A program made the position numbers and the translations under genes. The notes beneath the pieces were generated by a model. The model did no database searches, had not been told where the DNA came from, and worked only from the letters and a program-made list of their open reading frames with translations. DNA of 64,000 bases from an uncultured Dehalococcoidales bacterium (GTDB lineage: Bacteria; Chloroflexota; Dehalococcoidia; GIF9; UBA5629): positions 1,541 to 65,540 of the forward strand of contig CAZJQG010000008.1 in NCBI GenBank assembly GCA_964548415.1. The letters are read 5' to 3'. Positions 16,383 to 24,842 of this stretch are shown in pieces (the first letter of the stretch is position 1; each line of letters starts with the position of its first letter).

Positions 16383-17384
16383 TCAACGTTTTTCAAGATG
16401 CGTCGCCGGCGTCTGTTTTTTGGATTTTACAGGCTGGCAGCAGCCTTCAATTGATTTCAGTTGCTCCATCGTGCCGAATACGGTAAGGCTGCTTTCTCTT
16501 TCTATTACGGTATGCGGGTCGGGATTGGGCAGCAGCACGCCGTTCTTTTCTTTGAGCGCCAGAATCCTCACTCCAGCGAACTTCTCTTCGATCTGTTTGA
16601 CTGTCGAACCAATCAGTGACGAGCCTTCCGCCGCCTCTATCTCTTCGACCAGCAATTGTTTTTCTCGGCCGAACAGTACGGTCTCTATAAATTCGACAGC
16701 CTTCGGCCTTAAGGCCAATCTGGCCATTCTGGCGCCGCCGATAGCTTCGGGAGCTACTACACGGTCGGCTCCAGCCTGTGCCAATTTCCTTCCGGCCTCC
16801 TCATTATTAGCCCGGACGACTATGGGCAAATTGGGTTTCAACTCTTTGGCCGCAAGCGTAGTGTAGATATTTGAGGCATCATCACCCAGCGCGATAATTA
16901 TTCCCCGGCCATGCTCTATACGTGCCTGTTTCAAAGACTCATCTAAGGTGGTATCAGCGTGAATGGTCAAATGACCTGCCTGCTGCGCTCTATTAATAGC
17001 ATTATCGTCCCGGTCAATGACCACCAATTTAACATCTTGTTGCCTCAGTATATTGGCGATGGACTGCCCGACCCGACCATAGCCGCAGAGAATAAAATGG
17101 TCGTTTAACCGTCTTATTTTAGCTTCCATACGTTGCCTCCCTATAATAATTCCTAGCTCGCCCTCGAAAATGTAACGCACCAGGCTTGTCAGAATATAGA
17201 AGGCGGTGCCGACTCCACCGAGGACCAGCAACATTGTGAATATTTCCCCGGCTCTGGAAAGGGGAAATGCCTCTCGGAATCCTATAGTGGTTACAGTGAT
17301 AACGGTCATGAACAGGGCGTCAAACCACGACCAGTCTTCTATAAGTCTGTAGCCTATGGTGCCGATGAGGAGGACGAGGAGCAT
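16383..17384 (-). CDS. 2-TM potassium-channel-type protein with RCK (TrkA-N/TrkA-C) domains; atypical filter
   Basis: Pore region FMTVITVTTIGFREAFPLS, Rossmann motif ILCGYGRVGQSI, and a C-terminal TrkA-C-like segment. Confidence 0.75.
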   Translation of the reverse strand: MLLVLLIGTIGYRLIEDWSWFDALFMTVITVTTIGFREAFPLSRAGEIFTMLLVLGGVGTAFYILTSLVRYIFEGELGIIIGRQRMEAKIRRLNDHFILCGYGRVGQSIANILRQQDVKLVVIDRDDNAINRAQQAGHLTIHADTTLDESLKQARIEHGRGIIIALGDDASNIYTTLAAKELKPNLPIVVRANNEEAGRKLAQAGADRVVAPEAIGGARMARLALRPKAVEFIETVLFGREKQLLVEEIEAAEGSSLIGSTVKQIEEKFAGVRILALKEKNGVLLPNPDPHTVIERESSLTVFGTMEQLKSIEGCCQPVKSKKQTPATHLEKR

Positions 17385-17460
17385 AATAATTACTCCTCTC
17401 CACAGGTCTTGAAGCGGGCCTCAAAATTTCATCTAAGTATGTAGCAAAATATTAGGTTGG

Positions 17461-18459
17461 CTACTGTGTGTCTAAAAATAGCGAATCGAGCATGGTGCTT
17501 ACTTCGCCAGGGTTCTCGAAGGCGTCGTCTTTTATGGCTTTGATAACGCCGGTGCTATCTATCAGGAATGCGGTGGGAGCGCCATGTTTATATGCGGCAC
17601 ATACTTTTCCGTCTGGGTCGAGTAGGACGGGGTAGGAAAGTTGTAGGCGGTCTACGGCGCTGTGCACTGCCAGGCTACTTTCACCGCAATTTACGGCTAG
17701 TATGACTATCGGCTGGCCTGTCAGGTTGTCCGAGACTGTCTGCAAATAAGGTAATTCAGCAACGCAGGCATCGCAAGTGCTCATCCAGAAATTCAGCAAG
17801 ACCGTTTTGCCTCTGAGCTGGCTTAAGGATATGCTCTGGTCATTAATATCTATCAAATTGAAATCAGGGGCAACCTTGCCTATTTCGGGCCCGGTTCCGC
17901 CGGAGAGGGCGCCGAGCGCAGGTGCACTGGTTGAAGTTTTGGGGTTGAGTGCAATAGCCGGGAATACTTCATTAATGGCGCTTTCCATAGCCTGTTCACT
18001 TTGAAATGCCCCAATATGATATGCTTGCACTTTACCATCACCGTCGATGAAAAATGTAGTCGGTACACCAACCAGCCCATAGCTCTGGCCGACCTTACTA
18101 TGAGTATCCAGTAGTACCGGGTAACTTATATTTCGAACGTTCATGTAGTCTTGAACGTCGACAGCACGGTCCCCCACATTAATGGTAAGAACGACTATGG
18201 AATCACTTGACCACTTGCTGAAAAGTTCCTCCATGAACGGGGCTTGGAATTGGCATGCGGAGCAATTGATTCGCCAGAAGGTAAGCATTATCGGCTTGCT
18301 TTTAAAATCATCCAGGCTAACAAAGCTCCCGTCAACGGCTTGGAGAGTAAATTCCGGTGCGTATTGAGATTCCCCCGGTCCTTTTGTGCATGCGGATATG
18401 GAGGCCACGATTATAACCAGCCCCAAAATAATAAGTGCATGCCATTTATGTCTTTTCAT
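17461..18459 (-). CDS. Lipoprotein with two tandem TlpA/ResA-like thioredoxin domains
   Basis: Lipobox-like ASISAC. Domain 1 is MLTFWRINCSACQFQAP; domain 2 is LLNFWMSTCDACVAELP. Confidence 0.8.
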   Translation of the reverse strand: MKRHKWHALIILGLVIIVASISACTKGPGESQYAPEFTLQAVDGSFVSLDDFKSKPIMLTFWRINCSACQFQAPFMEELFSKWSSDSIVVLTINVGDRAVDVQDYMNVRNISYPVLLDTHSKVGQSYGLVGVPTTFFIDGDGKVQAYHIGAFQSEQAMESAINEVFPAIALNPKTSTSAPALGALSGGTGPEIGKVAPDFNLIDINDQSISLSQLRGKTVLLNFWMSTCDACVAELPYLQTVSDNLTGQPIVILAVNCGESSLAVHSAVDRLQLSYPVLLDPDGKVCAAYKHGAPTAFLIDSTGVIKAIKDDAFENPGEVSTMLDSLFLDTQ

Positions 18460-18553
18460 TATGAACCTCGCGAGAGGTATTTTATATTACATAAAAATGT
18501 ATTGCAAAAATGTTACCAGGCTTTGAATACACCGGACGTTTACTACAAAAATT

Positions 18554-19486
18554 TCAGAGGGCGTTAAGCATAGTTTCTATTTCAGCCTGATTGTTAAACT
18601 TGCCGATCTTGATTAGCTTGATAACGCCCTCGGAATTGATAAAAAAGGTGGTGGGATAAGAAGGAATATGATACATATTCTTTACCACCGCGCCGGTATC
18701 GATCAGTGTGGGGAAGGTTAGACCTCTGTTATCTAGAAAACTCTGCACCAACTGTGCTCGTTCTCCGGTTACTGCTATTATCTCCAGTTTATCGCGCGGC
18801 CAGCTATCAAATACTCCTTGGATGTAGGGCATTTCTTCGTCGCAGGCGGGGCACGTGGTGTCAAAAAAGTTTACCATCACAGCTTTTCCACGAAATTGGC
18901 TTAAGGTCAACTGTTTGCCGTCGGCTGTGGTCAAGGTAAAATCGGGGGCGATGTTTCCTATTTCAGGCCCAATCACTATGATGGTTTTGGTGTTGAGAGT
19001 TAGGTCCAGTGTAAGTCTGGCCTCTGTGCCGTTCTGGTTTTTCGATATTATCGTCAACTGATATCTCGTGTTAGGTTCTATATCCGTAAGAGGAACCGTA
19101 TGGTTTATAAAAAGGCCTTCGTCTATTTTTGTTGAGGTGCAGTTTTCAGAACTGCACACGGTTACCTGGCCGGTAGCCGGTTCGCTGGTCTTCCAGGTGA
19201 CCACCGCGCTCGATTCGACGATATCTGAAATTGATATATCCTGAATCAATGGTATGCTGGGAAGGCTGCCGGAACGCGTGAAGACCAGAATTACAGCGAG
19301 TACTAGGCATAAGATAATAGCCGCGATGGCTATTTTTGGCCAGAGCCCGCCCAGGGCTGGCTTCTTAGCCGGTGCACGACGGCGCCTCCGAGGCTTTTGT
19401 ATCGTCTCTTCCTCTTTGACGGGGTCGCTTTCGCCTTCCGTGTCATGGCTGCGGTCTTCAGCTTCATTTTCCAACATACTATTCAC
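18554..19486 (-). CDS. Membrane-anchored FN3-like domain plus TlpA/ResA-like thiol:disulfide oxidoreductase
   Basis: Basic N-terminus and TM (IAIAAIILCLVLAVILVF). Beta-sandwich segment AVVTWKTSEPATGQVTVCSS...NTRYQLTIISKN. Redox domain VNFFDTTCPACDEEMP. Confidence 0.7.
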   Translation of the reverse strand: MNSMLENEAEDRSHDTEGESDPVKEEETIQKPRRRRRAPAKKPALGGLWPKIAIAAIILCLVLAVILVFTRSGSLPSIPLIQDISISDIVESSAVVTWKTSEPATGQVTVCSSENCTSTKIDEGLFINHTVPLTDIEPNTRYQLTIISKNQNGTEARLTLDLTLNTKTIIVIGPEIGNIAPDFTLTTADGKQLTLSQFRGKAVMVNFFDTTCPACDEEMPYIQGVFDSWPRDKLEIIAVTGERAQLVQSFLDNRGLTFPTLIDTGAVVKNMYHIPSYPTTFFINSEGVIKLIKIGKFNNQAEIETMLNAL

Positions 19487-19552
19487 CTTATTTTTACTAC
19501 AAAGATTCGCGCGAGAAGCGTGTGGGGTTGAATTGGTCTACGAAATCGAATG

Positions 19553-21217
19553 TCATTGAATGGAATTGACTATGCTTTCTATCTGCAAGACGCTTTTTAA
19601 CGTAGCGGGATACAGGCTCGTATCACGTACGGTACCCTGGCCATCAACAAATATGGTGACCGGGCTGATGGTTATGTTGTACTTCGCGGCTACATCTCCA
19701 GATTCGTCAAGTAAAACAGGCATGGTCAAGCCTTTACTGGTGGCGACAGACTCCGTGATTGCCGGAGTTTGTTTCCAACTGATGGCCAACATGGTCACGG
19801 TATCGCGTGGCAAACTTACGTAGGCGTCCTGCATTAAAGCCAGTTCATTTCTACTCTGTTGAACGTTCTGCCAGAAATTGATTATAACTACCTTGCCTCG
19901 GAAATCGCTCAAACTGACCTGTTTCCCATCGAGTGTGGGCAGCGTGAAATCGGGTGCGCGCATGCCAACTTCAGGACCGACCTCCGTGGATTGTGGTATA
20001 GCGCTGTTGGTAGTGAATGTCTGGTCCGGTGATACCACCTCGTTCCCCGAACTGTCTTTTGACATAACTTTGAAGTGATAGGTGGTAGCTGCTGTCAGGC
20101 CAGCCAGGGAAACACTGTGGCTGGTCCCCAGGGCCGGCTCTAGCGCCGTGGTTGACCCATATACGCTTGTGGTACCGTAAGTAACTTGAGTGGTACCGGG
20201 CTTATCGGTTGTCCAGCTTATGGTCACGGCTACCTCGGTTACGCCGGATACTGTGATTCCGGAAATAACCAGAGTTGGAGTCACAGATGCGCCTAAAGTA
20301 GTAAAATCACCTTCTCCAGTCCCTTGATTCGAAGCTGTATCCGTTGAAGTCGCTGTAAAATGATATTGCGTATTAGGTTTCAAATCAGTGATATTCACTG
20401 AATGGTCGGTAACCAGATTTTCATCAAGCTCTGTCCAGGTGCAGCCACCGGTGGATTCGCAGATCATAACCTGACTTGTTGAAGGTTCATCTGTTTGCCA
20501 GATGATGACAGCACCGGCATTGCTGACGTTTGAGGCCGAGGCGTTCACAACGACTGGAGGAACCGTATCCTCATTACCAAAAGGCAACCAGTCCGGGAGG
20601 TTAATTCCGCTAATCAACTCCCTGGCTTTGTCGATTGGTCCCTGAAGCCATCCGGTCTGGTAAATCGCAAATCCGCCGAGTCCGATGACGGCAATTATCA
20701 ATAGTAGAATTAATGCCGGAGGGAAACCACGCCTGACACGAATCGGGCCGGTATCTTTGAACGTTTTACCTGGACTAATCGGTGCCTGTGCGCTGGCGTA
20801 GGGCATCCCTTCTGCGGCTCCGAACGGTTGTTGATTGCCTGCCCCGTATTGTTGAGGAGGCATGGCCTGTGGAATTGGCGTACCGGATATGGGGCCCTGC
20901 GGTTCATTATAGTATGGCGGCTGTCCGGGTTGCGGTCCGATAATGCCGCCGGACGCAGCGGGAAATTGCCTGGGTTGAGGACCGGTGATGCCACCGGATG
21001 CCTGAGTAAAGGGTCTTGGTGAGGGCGTCGGCGCCGGCTGCTCAGATGCGCCGGGCACTGCCGGACCTACCGAGAAGCCGCAGTGGGGGCAGTAAATTGC
21101 TCTGGGTGGGACAGGCCCGTGGCACCCGGGACATATCCTGGTGGTACAGTGACTACAAAACCTGCTGTTGGCGTCGATTTCCTGGCCGCAACCAGGACAT
21201 CTTATTATTCCCGGCAC
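19553..21217 (-). CDS. Zinc-ribbon / P-rich / TM / 2x FN3-like / thioredoxin-fold protein lacking CXXC
   Basis: N-terminus CPGCGQEIDANSRFCSHC...CPGCHG...CPHCG. Repeat ASGGI(T/I)GPQP. TM ALILLLIIAVIGLGGFAIY. Two domains of the type ..IIWQTDEPSTSQV...NTQYHF and ..ISWTTDKPGTTQV...ATTYHF. C-terminal TlpA-like GKVVIINFWQNVQQSRNELA has no cysteine at the active-site position. GTG start. Confidence 0.65.
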   Translation of the reverse strand: MPGIIRCPGCGQEIDANSRFCSHCTTRICPGCHGPVPPRAIYCPHCGFSVGPAVPGASEQPAPTPSPRPFTQASGGITGPQPRQFPAASGGIIGPQPGQPPYYNEPQGPISGTPIPQAMPPQQYGAGNQQPFGAAEGMPYASAQAPISPGKTFKDTGPIRVRRGFPPALILLLIIAVIGLGGFAIYQTGWLQGPIDKARELISGINLPDWLPFGNEDTVPPVVVNASASNVSNAGAVIIWQTDEPSTSQVMICESTGGCTWTELDENLVTDHSVNITDLKPNTQYHFTATSTDTASNQGTGEGDFTTLGASVTPTLVISGITVSGVTEVAVTISWTTDKPGTTQVTYGTTSVYGSTTALEPALGTSHSVSLAGLTAATTYHFKVMSKDSSGNEVVSPDQTFTTNSAIPQSTEVGPEVGMRAPDFTLPTLDGKQVSLSDFRGKVVIINFWQNVQQSRNELALMQDAYVSLPRDTVTMLAISWKQTPAITESVATSKGLTMPVLLDESGDVAAKYNITISPVTIFVDGQGTVRDTSLYPATLKSVLQIESIVNSIQ

Positions 21218-21355
21218 TGTACTACTCTTCCCTGTCAGTTCCTATTTTGCAGAACCTTCGCCTGTGCTATTTCACCCATTATACATCCAAGAGAAAAACG
21301 AAACCAGAAGCCCTTTAGTTTACAGGTACTTACGTACAGCCTACTCGAGCCACGG

Positions 21356-21877
21356 CTAAAGCGCCTTTATTATATCTTCAATTTCCTGCTGACTCTGGAA
21401 AGGCCCTATCTTTTTGTATTTGATGGTCCCGCTGGCGTCAATTATGAAATTTGTCGGAGGAAAGCGTGTGGCGCCGTAAGCGTTAGCTACGGTGTTATTC
21501 GGGTCCGGGAGCGAGGGGAAGGTAGTGAACTGTTTGCTGTTAACGTAGTCCTGAACCAGCCTGGGGTCGTAAATCATATGATAAATATCCAGGACCACGA
21601 GTTGCCCAGCGGCATTTTGGTAAGCACCGATTAAATAGGGCATTTGCGACTCACAGTCTTTACACTTGATGCTTGTAAAGATGATAAGAACGGTTTTGCC
21701 TTGATAATCACTGAGGCTTACGTTTTTACCTTCGGTACTTTGAAGCGTGAAGGCAGGTGCTTTGTCTCCAACTTGCGGTATCTTGGCTCCACTACAGCCA
21801 GCCAGTAATACTAAAAATAAGCCGACTAGCGACAATACAATGGGTGTTTTGATTCGCAATCCAGTAACTCCTTTCAT
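21356..21877 (-). CDS. TlpA/ResA-like thiol:disulfide oxidoreductase lipoprotein
   Basis: MKGVTGLRIKTPIVLSLVGLFLVLLAGCSG (lipobox) and VLIIFTSIKCKDCESQMP. Start moved to the internal ATG that overlaps the ccdA stop by 1 nt. The longer track ORF overlaps ccdA out of frame. Confidence 0.8.
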   Translation of the reverse strand: MKGVTGLRIKTPIVLSLVGLFLVLLAGCSGAKIPQVGDKAPAFTLQSTEGKNVSLSDYQGKTVLIIFTSIKCKDCESQMPYLIGAYQNAAGQLVVLDIYHMIYDPRLVQDYVNSKQFTTFPSLPDPNNTVANAYGATRFPPTNFIIDASGTIKYKKIGPFQSQQEIEDIIKAL

Positions 21878-22584
21878 TAACCGGTAGACGGAACGAATTG
21901 ACCGAGCCAGGCCAGGTTGCCGGTTAGCATTAGTATGCCCACCACTATAAGCAGGGCACCGCTCACAATGGAAATAATTCCCAGATATCGGTTTATGCTT
22001 TTCCAAAGAGGCATTATAGCTCCCCAGGCAAGGCCGATGATGATAAAGGGGATACCCATCCCCAGTGAGTATACGCTGAGCAACAGGGCGCCCTGGGCTG
22101 CAGTCTGGGACTTCATGGCTATCATGAGTATGGCACCCAGTATCGGGCCTATGCAGGGAGTCCAACCAAGAGCGAAGGCAGCTCCGATCCCGATTGAGCG
22201 CAGATAGCCAGGATTACTATTGCTGGTGGTTTTCAGGCGCTTTTCGTAGTTAAGCCAGGGTAATTTATAGGCAGCAATAAGAAATATACCGAAAGCAATA
22301 ATTACAGCGCCGGCAATATTGCGTAGCAATATAGAGTGAGCGGTTATGGTGGTGCCGATTAGGCCGACCGAAGCACCAAGGCCGATGAAGATTATGGAGA
22401 AGCCGGCCACAAAGGCCAGGGAGTGAAACAAAACTGGCAGATAGCTGCTCCGACTATTGGGGTCTATGGCTGTCACACCTGCCAGGTTGGCCAGGTATGC
22501 CGGTACCAGCGGCAGAACGCAGGGCGAGAAAAAAGACAGCAGTCCCGCGGTTAGCGCTACGAAGTAGGAAACTTCTTGTTCCAT
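21877..22584 (-). CDS. ccdA: Cytochrome c biogenesis protein CcdA (DsbD-like transmembrane electron transporter)
   Basis: Polytopic membrane protein with the two conserved cysteine motifs FFSPCVLPLVPAYL and GWTPCIGPILG. Confidence 0.85.
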   Translation of the reverse strand: MEQEVSYFVALTAGLLSFFSPCVLPLVPAYLANLAGVTAIDPNSRSSYLPVLFHSLAFVAGFSIIFIGLGASVGLIGTTITAHSILLRNIAGAVIIAFGIFLIAAYKLPWLNYEKRLKTTSNSNPGYLRSIGIGAAFALGWTPCIGPILGAILMIAMKSQTAAQGALLLSVYSLGMGIPFIIIGLAWGAIMPLWKSINRYLGIISIVSGALLIVVGILMLTGNLAWLGQFVPSTG

Positions 22585-22925
22585 TAATCAGCCTGTTTTG
22601 CCAATGCGTTATCCAGGAGCTTTTTCAGCTGCTCCTTGGGTTGATAGCCGACAGCATGCTGCATCGGTTTTCCTCCCTTAAAAATCATGATGGTCGGAAT
22701 GCTCATAACTCCGTACTTCGAGGCTATGAACGGAGCATCATCGACGTTCAGCTTGGTGAATTCGATCTTCCCCTTGTATTCCTTCGACAGTTCATCGATA
22801 ACTGGTGCCACAGCCTTACATGGCCCGCACCAGGTCGCCCAGAAGTCCACCAGAACCGGAAGCTGCGCCTGTAAAACAGCTTTTTCAAAACTATTGTGGT
22901 CAACGTTAATTATGTTCTCTGACAT
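22584..22925 (-). CDS. trxA: Thioredoxin
   Basis: VLVDFWATWCGPCKAVAP...MSIPTIMIFKGG. Its stop overlaps the ccdA start by 1 nt. Confidence 0.95.
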   Translation of the reverse strand: MSENIINVDHNSFEKAVLQAQLPVLVDFWATWCGPCKAVAPVIDELSKEYKGKIEFTKLNVDDAPFIASKYGVMSIPTIMIFKGGKPMQHAVGYQPKEQLKKLLDNALAKQAD

Positions 22926-22959
22926 GAAACCTCCTCAATGTGCGTTCCATAGTTGTATT

Positions 22960-23982
22960 TCATTTCCGGGTCTGAGCGATGACCGCGCCCGTTAAACGGG
23001 CATTATCGTCAATGCGGCTGCTACTAGCCACAATAGAATCTTTTAACAGGGCCTTGCTGCCAATTGTAACATTTTGCCATAAAACCGAGTTTTCAATTAA
23101 GGCACCGCCGTTTATCTTGCATCCCTGCCCTATTACTACCGGTCCCTTCAGTTCCACACCGTCGCTAATAGTACAATTCCTGTCGATGAGTATGGGCCCG
23201 GCCAACTTGGATTGTGGGTGAACGCTGCTTTCTTTATCAATAGATATATTTGTTTTCTTAAAGTCTACCTGTGAACTCTTACCGCAAAGCAGGTCACCGT
23301 TCAGTTGCAAATATTTTTCGGGTGTACCCATGTCCATCCAGTAGGCATCAGTGACATATCCGTACACAGGTTCTTCATCCTTTACCAGTTCGGGGAAAAT
23401 AGCATTTTCAAACATGCAGTGTTTGCCTTCAGGTATACGCTTCAAGATTTCTCTATCCAGAATGTAGACGCCGGCATTTATCATGTTGCTGGTTACGTCC
23501 TCGCGGCGTGGTTTTTCTACGAATCGGGTCACCCGGTGCGTATGGTCGGTCTCAACAACGCCGAAACGCGTGGGGTCTTCCACCGGAGTTAGGGCTATGG
23601 TTACCTTGGCGCCCTTTTTACGATGAAAACGTATCATGTTCGTGTAGTCAATGTCACTGAATATATCACCGTTCATAGCCAGGATAGGCCCATCTATATA
23701 TTGCTCTGCGTTCTTGAGCGCACCCGCGGTCCCCATGGGTTTAATTTCGATGCTATAAATAAGTCTGGTTTTAACTTGTTTGTCATTGGTGAAGTATTCG
23801 GTTATGCTGTCCGGTTTATAACCTATGGCTAAAATGACATCTTTGATATCGTGACGGTTAAGATGTCTGATGATATATTCAATGAAAGGTTTGTTCAGAA
23901 CGGGCACCATAGCCTTGACGGTGATATATGTCAAAGGGCGCAATCTGGTGCCTTCGCCTCCGACGAGGATTACAGCTTTCAC
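22960..23982 (-). CDS. NDP-sugar pyrophosphorylase (mannose-1-phosphate guanylyltransferase-like) with C-terminal left-handed beta-helix
   Basis: MKAVILVGGEGTRLRPLT...GTAGAL... plus C-terminal hexapeptide-like repeats. Confidence 0.8.
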   Translation of the reverse strand: MKAVILVGGEGTRLRPLTYITVKAMVPVLNKPFIEYIIRHLNRHDIKDVILAIGYKPDSITEYFTNDKQVKTRLIYSIEIKPMGTAGALKNAEQYIDGPILAMNGDIFSDIDYTNMIRFHRKKGAKVTIALTPVEDPTRFGVVETDHTHRVTRFVEKPRREDVTSNMINAGVYILDREILKRIPEGKHCMFENAIFPELVKDEEPVYGYVTDAYWMDMGTPEKYLQLNGDLLCGKSSQVDFKKTNISIDKESSVHPQSKLAGPILIDRNCTISDGVELKGPVVIGQGCKINGGALIENSVLWQNVTIGSKALLKDSIVASSSRIDDNARLTGAVIAQTRK

Positions 23983-24077
23983 TTAGTGTTTAGTTTGCTC
24001 CTTTAGAATTATCATAAATTCTTAGGTCGCTATTTTACTCCATTTAGAATGGGCTGGCAAAGTTCGGAGAGCTGAGA

Positions 24078-24842
24078 TTACAGGCCGAAAAGTTCGACGG
24101 CGTTGCTGGTAGTTAGGCGGGCCAGGGCCGGCTCTTCGATTTCTTTCAGTGCAGCTGCCGCCTTAAGACTCCTCAATACATCTGCGGGTTGGGAACGATA
24201 TTTGTTATCGCGGCCATACATCACGGGGGAATCTGTTTCCAGAAGCAGCCTTTCTACGGGAGTTTCCTTAACGGCGCGTCTGTGCTCCTCGTGGTATTCG
24301 ATGGCCGGTGTAGCGGAAATAAAATAGCCGGCCTGTAGTATCTCTTTAAGCACGCTGGAAAATCCGGTGAACCAGTGAAACACCACCTTTTCCGTACCTG
24401 CTTCTCTAACGAGGTCAAATGTATCTTTCCAGGCGTAACGGCTGTGAACGCTGACCGGTTTGGCGTATCTAGTTGCCAGAACCAGGAGGCGCCTCAAAAT
24501 ATCCTTCTGCAGATCCTTTGAGGTAACTTTGATGACTCTTTTATCGTAGTCCAGTCCTATTTCTCCAATGGCTACGATGTGTGAAATTCGATCTTCGATG
24601 TACTGCAACGTAGTCTCGATGTCCGTAGGATCGAGTTTGCCAAGTTCCCAGGGATGCAGACCGAGAGCTGGATATACGAACCCGGCATAATTCTGCCAGA
24701 TTTCCATTGTCTTCTGGTTTGATTGGTGGCTGGAACCCACAGCGATAATAGAGACAACACCGGCTTCTCTGGCTCTATGTAAAGCATCCTCGAGGTCTGG
24801 CATCTCGTCCAGATGCGAATGCGTGTCAACGACTTCCAGCAA
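24078..24842 (-). CDS. tatD: TatD-family metal-dependent hydrolase/DNase
   Basis: VDTHSHLD...IGEIGLDY...VSVHSR...ETDSP. Confidence 0.85.
   Translation of the reverse strand: MLEVVDTHSHLDEMPDLEDALHRAREAGVVSIIAVGSSHQSNQKTMEIWQNYAGFVYPALGLHPWELGKLDPTDIETTLQYIEDRISHIVAIGEIGLDYDKRVIKVTSKDLQKDILRRLLVLATRYAKPVSVHSRYAWKDTFDLVREAGTEKVVFHWFTGFSSVLKEILQAGYFISATPAIEYHEEHRRAVKETPVERLLLETDSPVMYGRDNKYRSQPADVLRSLKAAAALKEIEEPALARLTTSNAVELFGL

Noticed and set aside
21878-22165. N-terminal extension of track ORF 21356-22165 (first 96 aa)
   Set aside because: It overlaps ccdA in another frame and has no signal-peptide logic. The internal ATG gives a proper lipoprotein signal and overlaps the ccdA stop by 1 nt.
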